In this document: piece by piece, positions 37,939 through 47,121 of the stretch
Layout: the number at the start of each line of letters is the position of its first letter
Position numbering within the stretch: the stretch's first letter is position 1
DNA from: Candidatus Omnitrophota bacterium
GTDB taxonomy: Bacteria > Omnitrophota > Gorgyraeia > Gorgyraeales > Gorgyraeaceae
Direction of reading: 5' to 3'
Assembly (NCBI GenBank): GCA_018901615.1
Contig: JAHIEN010000108.1
Coordinates: 1-62,915, forward strand
Length of the DNA: 62,915 nucleotides
Program-made: the position numbers and the translations under genes
Notes under the pieces: generated by a model
Told to the model about the DNA's origin: nothing
Databases searched by the model: none
Seen by the model: only the letters and a program-made list of their open reading frames with translations

Positions 37939-38952
37939 ATGGAAAAAGTAAATGATTTGAACAAGCCAGTATGGTTTTTAAACCCTTGGTTTGATATCCT
38001 AATTCTTGCCGGTTTTCCAATCGCTTTTATATTCATACCTTTAATATGTTATGCCTGGATACATAGCCCAAAATTTGAGTATTACTTATATGCGGCATCT
38101 AATCTTCCCCATGTCTTTGCCGGATACACTGTAGTCTATTTGTCTCAAAAGGCATATAAAGAAAAACCGATAACATTTCTCTGGATTCCACTATTTATTA
38201 TTATTGCCACAATAATCTTTTGGCAGCCAAGATATTACAGACAGATTCTACATATTCGATTTTTCTGGGGAATGTGGCATGTCGCCATACAGTTTTTCTA
38301 TATTTTAAGCTTTTATAAGTTGCGAAACCTTGATTATTTGAGGATCGATAAGATTTTAGACACACTTGCTCTTGCAGCGGGGCCTGTCTATTTATATCTT
38401 AGCTACTACGTACGTCTTATCTTAAAACCGCAGGCGGATATTATTTATAAGGTATCATTTGTTGAGCAGCTATTGAAATACTCGGTTATGTTCACATGGA
38501 TTATCGCAGTCGCCTTTATAGCAAGACAGGTCTATTTGTTTATCCGATGGAAGAAGGTTTATCTTTTTAAGTTCTTAATGATTCCTATAGTTATCTTAAT
38601 TTATGTCGTTCCGTTATTAATATTTAAGGATATTCATGCTGCCAGTCAAGCGGTGATAGCAATGCATAATGTGCAATATGTCAGCTGGGTTTGGTTGTAT
38701 TATCATCAAAGGTTTAAAGGGAAAGCTGTTCAAGAAAATAGGGCAATATCTTACTTTTTTAAACCTGGCCGTACCGGACATTATGTTTTCTTTTTTTTGT
38801 TGGCAGGTACTTTATTTATGCTAGTTGTGATGAAGATGGCGTATTTAAGTCATGACCCACATTTGACTTTCAAGGCAATAACCGGCCCTTTTGCTCTTAT
38901 CCATTTTTACCTTGATGGAAGAATCTGGAAAAATGTCAATGATATGATGTGA
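37939..38952 (+). CDS. Polytopic integral membrane protein, function unknown
   Basis: 337 aa with about 8-9 hydrophobic segments. Recurrent His in or near TM segments (PHVFAGY, WGMWHVAIQ, AMHNVQY, LIHFYLDGRIWK). No family recognised. Confidence 0.5.
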   Translation: MEKVNDLNKPVWFLNPWFDILILAGFPIAFIFIPLICYAWIHSPKFEYYLYAASNLPHVFAGYTVVYLSQKAYKEKPITFLWIPLFIIIATIIFWQPRYYRQILHIRFFWGMWHVAIQFFYILSFYKLRNLDYLRIDKILDTLALAAGPVYLYLSYYVRLILKPQADIIYKVSFVEQLLKYSVMFTWIIAVAFIARQVYLFIRWKKVYLFKFLMIPIVILIYVVPLLIFKDIHAASQAVIAMHNVQYVSWVWLYYHQRFKGKAVQENRAISYFFKPGRTGHYVFFFLLAGTLFMLVVMKMAYLSHDPHLTFKAITGPFALIHFYLDGRIWKNVNDMM

Positions 38953-39039
38953 TATAGGCATTAGCTTGGTTACAAACGATGGTATTTTTTGATGAAATCC
39001 CAGGGAATAGTTTTTAATTAAGGTCAATCCGAAACAATT

Positions 39040-39783
39040 ATGCATTACGCAGTCGAAATAAGTAATCTATCCAAAGAGTTTATACAAAAAGAGAACCCGG
39101 CAAGCCTTTTGGCTTCAAAGCGAAACAAGAAAAATATTGTGGCCTTGGATGATATTAATTTGCAGATCAAAAAAGGCGAATGTTTTGGGCTGGTCGGCGT
39201 AAATGGGTCAGGCAAGACTACATTGTTAAAGTTATTAGCTACCCTTATTTTGCCCACGAAAGGGACAGCCCATATTAATGGCTATAATATTGTCAGGGAC
39301 GCCATAAAGGTACGCGCTATTACGGGGTTTGTCAGCTCAGGGCAGCGCAGTTTTTACTGGCGTTTAACCGGAAGACAAAATTTGGAATTCTTTGCCGCTC
39401 TTTATGAATTATTTCAGCTAGAAGCGCGCAGAAGAATAGATGAATTAGCAGCTTTGCTGGAAATCGAGAAATACATGGATTACACTTTTTATAGTTGTTC
39501 TGCCGGGATACAGCAAAGATTTTTTCTTGCCCAAAGCCTTCTTCATAATCCAGATGTCCTCCTTTTAGATGAACCCACGAAAGGTTTAGATACGGTAATA
39601 GCTAAACAGTTACGGAGTTTTATTAAAGAAAAATTTGCGCGCGAGCAAGGTAAAACCGTGTTATTTACTACCCATGATCATGATGAAATGGCCATGTTTT
39701 CAGATAGGATCGCGATATTAGAGCATGGCCAAATTAAAACCGTCGGCACCGCAGATGGATTAAGAGATGTTAAGCTTTTATAA
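39040..39783 (+). CDS. ABC transporter ATP-binding protein (ABC-2 exporter type)
   Basis: Walker A GVNGSGKTT, Walker B LLLDEPTKGLD, H-loop TTHD. The signature motif is atypical (CSAGIQQR instead of LSGGxxQR). Confidence 0.75.
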   Translation: MHYAVEISNLSKEFIQKENPASLLASKRNKKNIVALDDINLQIKKGECFGLVGVNGSGKTTLLKLLATLILPTKGTAHINGYNIVRDAIKVRAITGFVSSGQRSFYWRLTGRQNLEFFAALYELFQLEARRRIDELAALLEIEKYMDYTFYSCSAGIQQRFFLAQSLLHNPDVLLLDEPTKGLDTVIAKQLRSFIKEKFAREQGKTVLFTTHDHDEMAMFSDRIAILEHGQIKTVGTADGLRDVKLL

Positions 39784-39829
39784 GATGATTAGCGGTAAAG
39801 AAATATGTTTTTGTATCCGGGAGTAGATA

Positions 39830-40648
39830 GTGATAACTTTGATGAAAAAGATAGCCGCTTGCGTCAAAAAGGATTTTTTAGATACCTTAAGCTATAGATT
39901 ACCCTGTTTTTTGACGGTTTGCGGTATCGTTTTAGTATTAGTAATTCTTTATTTCTTGCCCCACTCCTTTGTTAAGAGATCTTTTGTCCTTAATCCCGAA
40001 GGTATTAGGATAACATATTTTAATTTTATACTGAGCGGCTTGATGCTTAGCATGTATTTAGTCTCACCCTTTGCTGCTTTTTCTGCGCAAATACAAAAGA
40101 TACGGACAATAGGGATACTGGAAGCATTATTAGTAACCCCTACCAGATTTATCACCATTCTTGCAGCGCAGTATATCGGATATTTTCTTTTTGCATCAAT
40201 AATCAATATACCTATTCTGTTATTCATTAGCTATTGCTTAAAGGATCTTGTGGTAAGCCCAAATATTTTTGCGATCGCTATTATTTTTACTCTATCTTTC
40301 ATTTTGTTTGGTGCTTTTTCTATATTCATAGCAAGTTTCATCATAGTATTTGAAGATGGCAAGCCGATTACTAAAGCAATAATCGGCTGTCTTAGAATTT
40401 GCGGAAACATTTACTTTCCCGTTACTATTTTACCAAAGAGCTTACAAATGTTCGCTTATAGCCTGCCCTTTAGTCATATTTTTCGCGCCTTTAGGATGGC
40501 CTTGTTTGCTAACTATACGCTTTGGGATATAGCGCCGTATATATTAATTCTTTTAGCTTTTGCTCTTGTTTTATTTCCATTAAGCGTCTGGAGTCTCAAT
40601 TGTGCCTTAAGAAAAGCAAAAGAAAGGGGAACCCTTGCGAAATATTAA
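39830..40648 (+). CDS. ABC-2 type transporter permease
   Basis: 272 aa with about 6 TM segments, immediately after the ATPase. GTG start; an alternative ATG lies at 39842. Confidence 0.6.
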   Translation: MITLMKKIAACVKKDFLDTLSYRLPCFLTVCGIVLVLVILYFLPHSFVKRSFVLNPEGIRITYFNFILSGLMLSMYLVSPFAAFSAQIQKIRTIGILEALLVTPTRFITILAAQYIGYFLFASIINIPILLFISYCLKDLVVSPNIFAIAIIFTLSFILFGAFSIFIASFIIVFEDGKPITKAIIGCLRICGNIYFPVTILPKSLQMFAYSLPFSHIFRAFRMALFANYTLWDIAPYILILLAFALVLFPLSVWSLNCALRKAKERGTLAKY

Positions 40649-40747
40649 GTTGAACCGTTACAGTGCATGCAGCGATTCTGAAAGTGTATTCAGCTCAAAC
40701 TGCAACAATCGTGATTATCAAAATATAAATAAAGTGAAAATAATACT

Positions 40748-41731
40748 ATGAAGATAGGTATTCTGGGATGTGGAGCAATAGGGGGATTGTTGTTAGGATA
40801 TCTTACCGATAAAGGGCACAATGTTCGAGGGGTGGTAAAACCCTATCAAAAATATTCAATCGCATCGGACAATTTAATTGTCCAAGGCATAAGGGGGAAT
40901 CGCCGCTATAATGTGCTTGTTGACACGTCATTGAGGGAAAAGGTTGACCTGGCTATTATAGCGACAAAAATAAATGATGTGGACCAGATTATAAAAGAAA
41001 ATAGCCAATATTTAAACAGCGCGCTTATTCTTACAGTTCAAAATGGGATAAAAACAGATTATATTGTAAGGAAGCATTTCCCTGAAGAGCGTATTATTTC
41101 GAGCGTGGTGATGTTTGCTTCAATGTTCAATCCTCCCAATACCATTCTCCATAGTCTTGAAGGAGATCTTATCTTAGGGAATATCTTTTCTGTCAATGTG
41201 CAAGGCATGAATGAGGTAAAGGATGTCTTAAAAACTGTTTTCAATACATACATAGTTGAGGACATGAAGGCGGCAAAGTATACGAAGTTAATGATTTCTT
41301 TGCAGTTTTGCATTCCAGCGGTACTCGGACTATCTATGCAAGAGGCATTTTTGGATTTAGAAATGGCTGAATTCGCGTTATTGTTAAGAAGGGAGGCCTA
41401 TGATATCCTCAAGAAAGCTCACATTGGCTTATGCGGCCTCCCTGGCTTTTCCAAAGAAATAATCGAAAAATCTGTTTCTATGGATATAAGGAAAATGAAA
41501 AGGCTATTCTCCAAAGCTAAACGCAGCAAATCGTTCTATGGCTCAATGTCCCAAAGTATAAAAAGAGGGAAAAAGACAGAGATAGATTATATTAATGGAG
41601 AGATACAAGAAATCGCGCGCAGGCATCAGCTAACAGCGCCATTAAATGAGAAAATAACCGCTTTGGTCCATCGGGTTGAGGAAACAGGAAGTTTCGTTAC
41701 TAAAAAAGATTTAGTAAGCATCTTTAAGTAA
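40748..41731 (+). CDS. Ketopantoate reductase (PanE/ApbA) family NAD(P)-dependent oxidoreductase
   Basis: N-terminal MKIGILGCGAIGG dinucleotide-binding motif. AIIATK, SMSQSIKRGKKTEIDYINGEI resembles the ApbA C-terminal domain (S..D...g..tEid.inG). Confidence 0.65.
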   Translation: MKIGILGCGAIGGLLLGYLTDKGHNVRGVVKPYQKYSIASDNLIVQGIRGNRRYNVLVDTSLREKVDLAIIATKINDVDQIIKENSQYLNSALILTVQNGIKTDYIVRKHFPEERIISSVVMFASMFNPPNTILHSLEGDLILGNIFSVNVQGMNEVKDVLKTVFNTYIVEDMKAAKYTKLMISLQFCIPAVLGLSMQEAFLDLEMAEFALLLRREAYDILKKAHIGLCGLPGFSKEIIEKSVSMDIRKMKRLFSKAKRSKSFYGSMSQSIKRGKKTEIDYINGEIQEIARRHQLTAPLNEKITALVHRVEETGSFVTKKDLVSIFK

Positions 41732-41755
41732 ATCATTGGAACAAAAATTTTAATC

Positions 41756-43183
41756 ATGTCCAAATTTAAAATAAAACTTATTGTTCCGCCTTCTTTTAAG
41801 CAGTTAGAAGGGGATAATGTACAATACGCCGAATATTTAGATTATTATAGCTTGCCCGTTTATGGGATGGGAGTCCTGATTTCTTTCTTAAGACAGAAGG
41901 ATTATTATGTCGATGTGCAGGATTTTACCGCACAATCTGAAAGATCAGCCCAAGAATCAGACCTTTACCTTTATGATTACACAGAGTTTTTTACGCAGAT
42001 TCTTACTACAGGCAGAGCTGATCAGAAGATCGAAACGATAGTAGATAAGATATTTAATCCCGCTGATTACAAAGGGTTTGGCGTTGTAGGTTTTTCTCTC
42101 CACCATTTTGGCCATTTTCTTTTTGCTATTTTACTTGCCAGAAAAATCAGGGATATGTCTAATATACCTATTGTTTTTGGAGGGGCGTTTATTACTATAT
42201 GGGGCCGTCTCTATCCAGAAGTTTTTGATTTTATAAATTATATGATAGTGGGCGATGGACGGCAACCTTTTCTGAAGCTTTTAAATTATTTTGAAAACGG
42301 CGCAAAAGCTAAGGCGACGATCCCAAACCTTATTTATCGAGAAGGTGAAAAGTTAATCGCAACCGAGTTTATTCGTTATTCTTTTCATGATATCCCTATC
42401 CCTGATTTTACTGATCTTGATCTTAATTCTTGCAGGGAGTCTCTAGGCGGCGAACTGGTTTTGCCTTATGAACCTACGCGAGGATGTGTCTATCGATGCA
42501 GTTTTTGTATAAAAAACCCAATGGAAAACGGATATCAAACAAAATCGTATGATAGAATTATCAAAGAATTAAGGGAGATGAAAGAGAAGTATGATTGCGA
42601 AAGGTTTCAGTTCTGCGATCATAATATAGCTTGTTCATATCAATATCTAGATGGATTAGTTGATGTGTTCATAACGGAAGGTTTAGAGATCAAATGGAGG
42701 CCGTTTATGGACATCAGAAAGGTAGATAAAAAACTTCTTAAGAAAATGAGCCAAGCAGGTTGTGAGGTAATTTTTTACGGCATAGAATCCGGGAGCGATC
42801 GAATGCTGGAGATGATTCACAAAGGGCAGTCTTCAAAACAAGCCGCTAAGGTATTACGCTGGACAAAGGAGGCAGGGATAAAAACGCTGGTAGCTTTTAT
42901 GGTAGGGTATCCTCATGAAGCGGAGAGCGATGTTATCAGGACGATCAAGTTTATTAAAAGAAATAGAGGATATATTGATTTTGCCGTGGTGCGATATTTT
43001 GGGATTTTGGATAGTAACTTTATGTCAAAAAATCCATTGGAATATGGAATCCGCAATCTTAGGCGTTCATTGAGCCGCTATATGCTTGAGTATGATGAAG
43101 TCGGTGGGTTGTCTTGGGAGCAGAAGATAATACAACGGAAAAAAACAATGAGAAGGATAATGCAGGTGTTATGGGGAAAATAG
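41756..43183 (+). CDS. B12-binding-domain radical SAM protein (paralog group 3)
   Basis: TRGCVYRCSFC, GIESGSD. IPNLIYREGEK...IPIPDFTDLDL parallels ORF 27886. Confidence 0.7.
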   Translation: MSKFKIKLIVPPSFKQLEGDNVQYAEYLDYYSLPVYGMGVLISFLRQKDYYVDVQDFTAQSERSAQESDLYLYDYTEFFTQILTTGRADQKIETIVDKIFNPADYKGFGVVGFSLHHFGHFLFAILLARKIRDMSNIPIVFGGAFITIWGRLYPEVFDFINYMIVGDGRQPFLKLLNYFENGAKAKATIPNLIYREGEKLIATEFIRYSFHDIPIPDFTDLDLNSCRESLGGELVLPYEPTRGCVYRCSFCIKNPMENGYQTKSYDRIIKELREMKEKYDCERFQFCDHNIACSYQYLDGLVDVFITEGLEIKWRPFMDIRKVDKKLLKKMSQAGCEVIFYGIESGSDRMLEMIHKGQSSKQAAKVLRWTKEAGIKTLVAFMVGYPHEAESDVIRTIKFIKRNRGYIDFAVVRYFGILDSNFMSKNPLEYGIRNLRRSLSRYMLEYDEVGGLSWEQKIIQRKKTMRRIMQVLWGK

Positions 43184-43197
43184 TTATGATGTAGTGT

Positions 43198-44574
43198 ATG
43201 ATAAATATGGATAAGTTTAAAATGAAATATCGTAAAAGAATAACGCCGTGGTATTTCTATCCCCCTATAGGAGTTTTGGGATCAAATAGAGAAGAGATAA
43301 ATTTAAGAGAAAGATCTGAATTACAAGACTCATCTTCGCTTTACGTACACATCCCTTTCTGCGCTTCGATCTGCACTTATTGCGGTTTTTACCGTACTAT
43401 AAGCTTGAAAAAAGAAAAATTATTAGAAGCGTATCTTATCGCTTTGGAAAAAGAGATAGTAATGTATGCCAAAACACCTTATGTGAAATCACTAAAGTTT
43501 GGAGCGGTTTACTTTGGCGGAGGCACGCCAAGCGTATTGTCTTCAACGCAGTTAGAGAGGCTTCTGGAGATATGCAAAAGAGAATTCAATTTATCTGATA
43601 ATGCCCAGATAACAATAGAAGGGAATAGTTCAAGTCTCGATGAGACTAAGCTCAGTAAGATACTACTGAAAGGATTCAACAGGCTAAGCCTTGGCGTACA
43701 AACGTTTAATGATGCAATAGGTAAAAGTCTCAATCTGCCGCATTCCTGGCACCAGGCTATAAAAATTATCGAGCAAGCCCGCAACATTGGGTATAGAAAT
43801 ATTAGTATTGATTTAATGTATAATTTGCCTGGAGAGACATTAGAAATATGGGAAGATGATTTAAAAAAAGCGATTGCTTTAGGTGTTGATCATGTGACTG
43901 TTTTCTTTTTATCCGTACTTCCTAACACACTACTAGAGCAACAACTTAAAGATAATAGAATTCTTCCAATAGGTTCTCGCGATAAAGAAATAAAGATGTA
44001 TGAACTCGCGATAAAAACATTAACAGGTGCCGGATATTTACAAGAAAGGTTAACAGACTTTGTTAAATCAGAAGTTGAGGGATGGGTATATGGGCGTCTT
44101 CGAGCAGCCTGTACCGATGTTGTGGGGTTAGGGGCGGGAGCTTTTGGGTATCTTAATCATTATCTTTACCATAACCTTAGATCAATCGATGGCTATATTA
44201 ACGCAGTGAAAGACAGGCAGTTTCCTATAAATATTTCAAAAAAGATTTCAGTCGTAGAAGAGATGCATGGTTTTATGGCGGTTGGGTTGAGAGATCTAAA
44301 GGTAAATAAACAAAAATTTAAAAAAAGATTTGGCCTCGAGGCGCAGGATGTTTTTTACGATACCTTGAATAGGTTAGAGAGTAAAGGATGGATCGAATTA
44401 ACAGATGAAGAGATAAGATTATCTTATTTAGGCATGCTTTGGGCAGTAGAGGTCTGCCGCGAGTTCTATTCTCCCGAAGTAAGGACATTGCTGGGTAAGA
44501 TAGGGTGTAACAAAACTAAAGATTTTTGGAAAGATAAACTGAGTCGTTTAATAAAACGAATTGGTTCATATTAA
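43198..44574 (+). CDS. HemN/HemW-like radical SAM protein (coproporphyrinogen-III-oxidase family, possibly class C methyltransferase-type)
   Basis: YVHIPFCASICTYCGF, YFGGGTPS, SLGVQTF and a HemN_C-like tail. Confidence 0.7.
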   Translation: MINMDKFKMKYRKRITPWYFYPPIGVLGSNREEINLRERSELQDSSSLYVHIPFCASICTYCGFYRTISLKKEKLLEAYLIALEKEIVMYAKTPYVKSLKFGAVYFGGGTPSVLSSTQLERLLEICKREFNLSDNAQITIEGNSSSLDETKLSKILLKGFNRLSLGVQTFNDAIGKSLNLPHSWHQAIKIIEQARNIGYRNISIDLMYNLPGETLEIWEDDLKKAIALGVDHVTVFFLSVLPNTLLEQQLKDNRILPIGSRDKEIKMYELAIKTLTGAGYLQERLTDFVKSEVEGWVYGRLRAACTDVVGLGAGAFGYLNHYLYHNLRSIDGYINAVKDRQFPINISKKISVVEEMHGFMAVGLRDLKVNKQKFKKRFGLEAQDVFYDTLNRLESKGWIELTDEEIRLSYLGMLWAVEVCREFYSPEVRTLLGKIGCNKTKDFWKDKLSRLIKRIGSY

Positions 44575-44609
44575 ATGTTTAATGTTCAGTATCAGAAACT
44601 TTCATCAAC

Positions 44610-45146
44610 CTAGGGATTCTTGGGTTCCCTGCGCCAGGTCCATTGAAGTATTTTCCACGCCCCTTGTTCTTTAGAGAGGACAAAATTTCTTACATTCGTT
44701 CCACTGACTGGTTGATCGGTTTGGATCTCAAAGGCTTCGAAGGTACTCTTAGCTTCAATAAAGGCTTTGTTATCTCTGATTTCTACGTCGCCTATTTCTA
44801 TGTTAACATTATGAGAGTCGCGGTATAGGCTAAAAAAACGATCAAGTCCTGTTTCAAGCTGTTCTCTGCAGCCGCTATAATCGACAACACCGTTATCAAA
44901 TTTGTTAAGAAAATTCGGCGATAGTTGTTGCATAATAAAATCCACATCGTTAGAAGCAAAGGCCTCGGTGACGCCTCTTATTATTCTTTGAATCTCCTGA
45001 GTATCTTTAGCGTCAGTGGTATTTAATGGCGATCCTGATGTTACAGTATCTTTTTCGGAACTAATTTCTTTTATTTCATATACAGTCTGGGCATAACAAC
45101 TAATAGTACTTAATAAAAATACAAGGCAGATTAACATTGTTTTCAT
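44610..45146 (-). CDS. Secreted NTF2/SnoaL-like small protein, paralog of the C-terminal domain of the adjacent GT-C enzyme
   Basis: The ATG at 45146 follows GGAGG and gives the signal peptide MKTMLICLVFLLSTISCYA. DTQEIQRII, IRDNKAFIEAKSTFEAFEI and KEQGAWKIL align with the tail of ORF 45181-47121. Confidence 0.55.
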   Translation of the reverse strand: MKTMLICLVFLLSTISCYAQTVYEIKEISSEKDTVTSGSPLNTTDAKDTQEIQRIIRGVTEAFASNDVDFIMQQLSPNFLNKFDNGVVDYSGCREQLETGLDRFFSLYRDSHNVNIEIGDVEIRDNKAFIEAKSTFEAFEIQTDQPVSGTNVRNFVLSKEQGAWKILQWTWRREPKNP

Positions 45147-45180
45147 AGGTCCCTCCTTTTTTCTAATCATAGCATATTTT

Positions 45181-47121
45181 TTACAAGCTGTCAATGCCAT
45201 AAATTATTTTCCATTCCCCGTTTTCTTTATGAAAAAGTACTTTTCTTTTTTTTGTTCTACTGAACCAGCGAGTGGCTTTAATATTAAAAGATTCTATAGT
45301 GTATTGCATATTAAGAAAAGCTTTATCGTTTTTAATATACAAGCTTTCTATTTCCATAGAAGGTATAAAAATAATATTTTTCTGAAAAAAACTATCGCTA
45401 GTTTTTTTATTAATTCGCTTAGACATGGCATAATCGATAATTTTGCCTTCATGCAGAGTGCGGTAATTTTCCGATATATATTGTATTATAGAGGTTTCGT
45501 CTTTGATGGGCCATTTTAGCATAATTTCCCAAATTATTTTTTTTATTTCTTGGGCATCTTCGCTGTTTAATGTTTTCGTATTGTCTATTACCTTAGGTTT
45601 TATATCATGATGGGTATCTTTTGTATCCTTTGTGTAAAGATCTACAAAGATCCCGTCGAATTCTTTACTCTTTACTTTTTCATAAAAAGAATCAAGTCTT
45701 GATTTTAATAAGGAAGTATGGTTTTCTAATTTTCCGTCTCTCGGCCAGGAAGAAGAAACCAGCCAGATTCTTTGATAGTCAGGCGAATTTTTGGTATCTT
45801 GCTTTAAATCGTACCGTTCGAGGTAATACCAAAAAGAAGGCCGAGTGCTTGTGTGCCCGTGGACAATGATATCGTTTTCCTGCCAATTATTTTTAATATA
45901 ATCAACCGCTGGAAGAAAAGGTTTTTTAATATGTACCCCCTGGTGGTGCAGTATGTTTTTTATCGGCAGATAATTGGAAAAATAATTATTTAAAGAGAAT
46001 GCCGCCAGGATGATAATTAAACCGACAGCGAAATATTGTATTTTTTTAGTTTTAGTGGTCGAGATTCCTTGCGCTACTATCAGGTAATAAAAAGGAGAGA
46101 AAATCATAAGCTGCCTGTCAAGATAAATCGGAATTACCCGAGAGAGTAAAAAGGTCGTTACAATCGGCGTGAACAACAATGATACCAGGATTATTCTTTT
46201 TTCTCTTTTTAACGAATACACGCCGAGTAGCAGCAAAATAGAAAATATTACCAAAGACAACCGGAAAGCAAAGGGATGCGCGTTATAGCCTAAGTTAAAA
46301 TTTTCAAAGGTGATCAGCATTGAGATTAAAGATGGATTAGCCGCCCAAAATGTTTTTTTTATGTAGAGAAAATGATTAAGAAAGATCTTTGCCCACGGAA
46401 GAAAAGAAAGCATAATGGCCAGATTGATTAAAAACCACTTTTTAACAAAGGGTCTGTATTGTTTTAAAAGAAATAAAGGCCAGGCGGCGAAGATGATGTA
46501 AATGGCGAAGTAATTCGCGTAAACGGCAATAATTGCAACCACGGTAAACGTTTGCCATGTGCCGCGTTTGTTGTGCCTTAAAGATAAGAGAAGAAGATAG
46601 GCCGCCCACAATATTAGAAATATTGATAAAGTGTATCCTCGTGCTTCCTGGGCATACCAGACTTGAAGCGGAGATAAAGACATTATGAGCATAGCCAGCA
46701 ATCCTGTATTCTGGCTTGTAAGCGCGTTCCCGAATTTATATATAATTAACAAAGAGAGCACGCTGAACAAAACAGACAACATCCTTATTGACTGTTCGCT
46801 ATTGCCGAAAATTTTCATCCAAATATTCAGCATTACGTAATAAAAGGGCGGCTGGGGATCAAAATTTTTATAAGGAAAATCCTCAAAATCATATATTCCT
46901 GCGGGATTGTTTAAAGGAAGTTCTACATTAGGCAGGGAATACGTCTTGAATATATCTTCCGAATGCATGACGCTAATGGCTTCGTCAAACCATAAATCAT
47001 TATTGCCTATTGTATAGATTCTTAAAGCGGCGCCCCCGAGGATGATTAAGACAACGATAAAAATGAAGTGTTTCTTATTGGCAACCCTATCTGATTTTAA
47101 TACGATTTGTGGTCTGGGCAT
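45181..47121 (-). CDS. GT-C fold glycosyltransferase (ArnT/PMT-like, GT39/GT83-type) with C-terminal NTF2-like domain
   Basis: 646 aa with about 11-12 TM segments. The DEAISVMH motif follows TM1 (first-loop acidic motif of GT-C enzymes). The soluble C-terminal domain of about 130 aa is DAQEIKKII...IKNDKAFLNMQYTIESFNI...KENGEWKII. Confidence 0.6.
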   Translation of the reverse strand: MPRPQIVLKSDRVANKKHFIFIVVLIILGGAALRIYTIGNNDLWFDEAISVMHSEDIFKTYSLPNVELPLNNPAGIYDFEDFPYKNFDPQPPFYYVMLNIWMKIFGNSEQSIRMLSVLFSVLSLLIIYKFGNALTSQNTGLLAMLIMSLSPLQVWYAQEARGYTLSIFLILWAAYLLLLSLRHNKRGTWQTFTVVAIIAVYANYFAIYIIFAAWPLFLLKQYRPFVKKWFLINLAIMLSFLPWAKIFLNHFLYIKKTFWAANPSLISMLITFENFNLGYNAHPFAFRLSLVIFSILLLLGVYSLKREKRIILVSLLFTPIVTTFLLSRVIPIYLDRQLMIFSPFYYLIVAQGISTTKTKKIQYFAVGLIIILAAFSLNNYFSNYLPIKNILHHQGVHIKKPFLPAVDYIKNNWQENDIIVHGHTSTRPSFWYYLERYDLKQDTKNSPDYQRIWLVSSSWPRDGKLENHTSLLKSRLDSFYEKVKSKEFDGIFVDLYTKDTKDTHHDIKPKVIDNTKTLNSEDAQEIKKIIWEIMLKWPIKDETSIIQYISENYRTLHEGKIIDYAMSKRINKKTSDSFFQKNIIFIPSMEIESLYIKNDKAFLNMQYTIESFNIKATRWFSRTKKRKVLFHKENGEWKIIYGIDSL

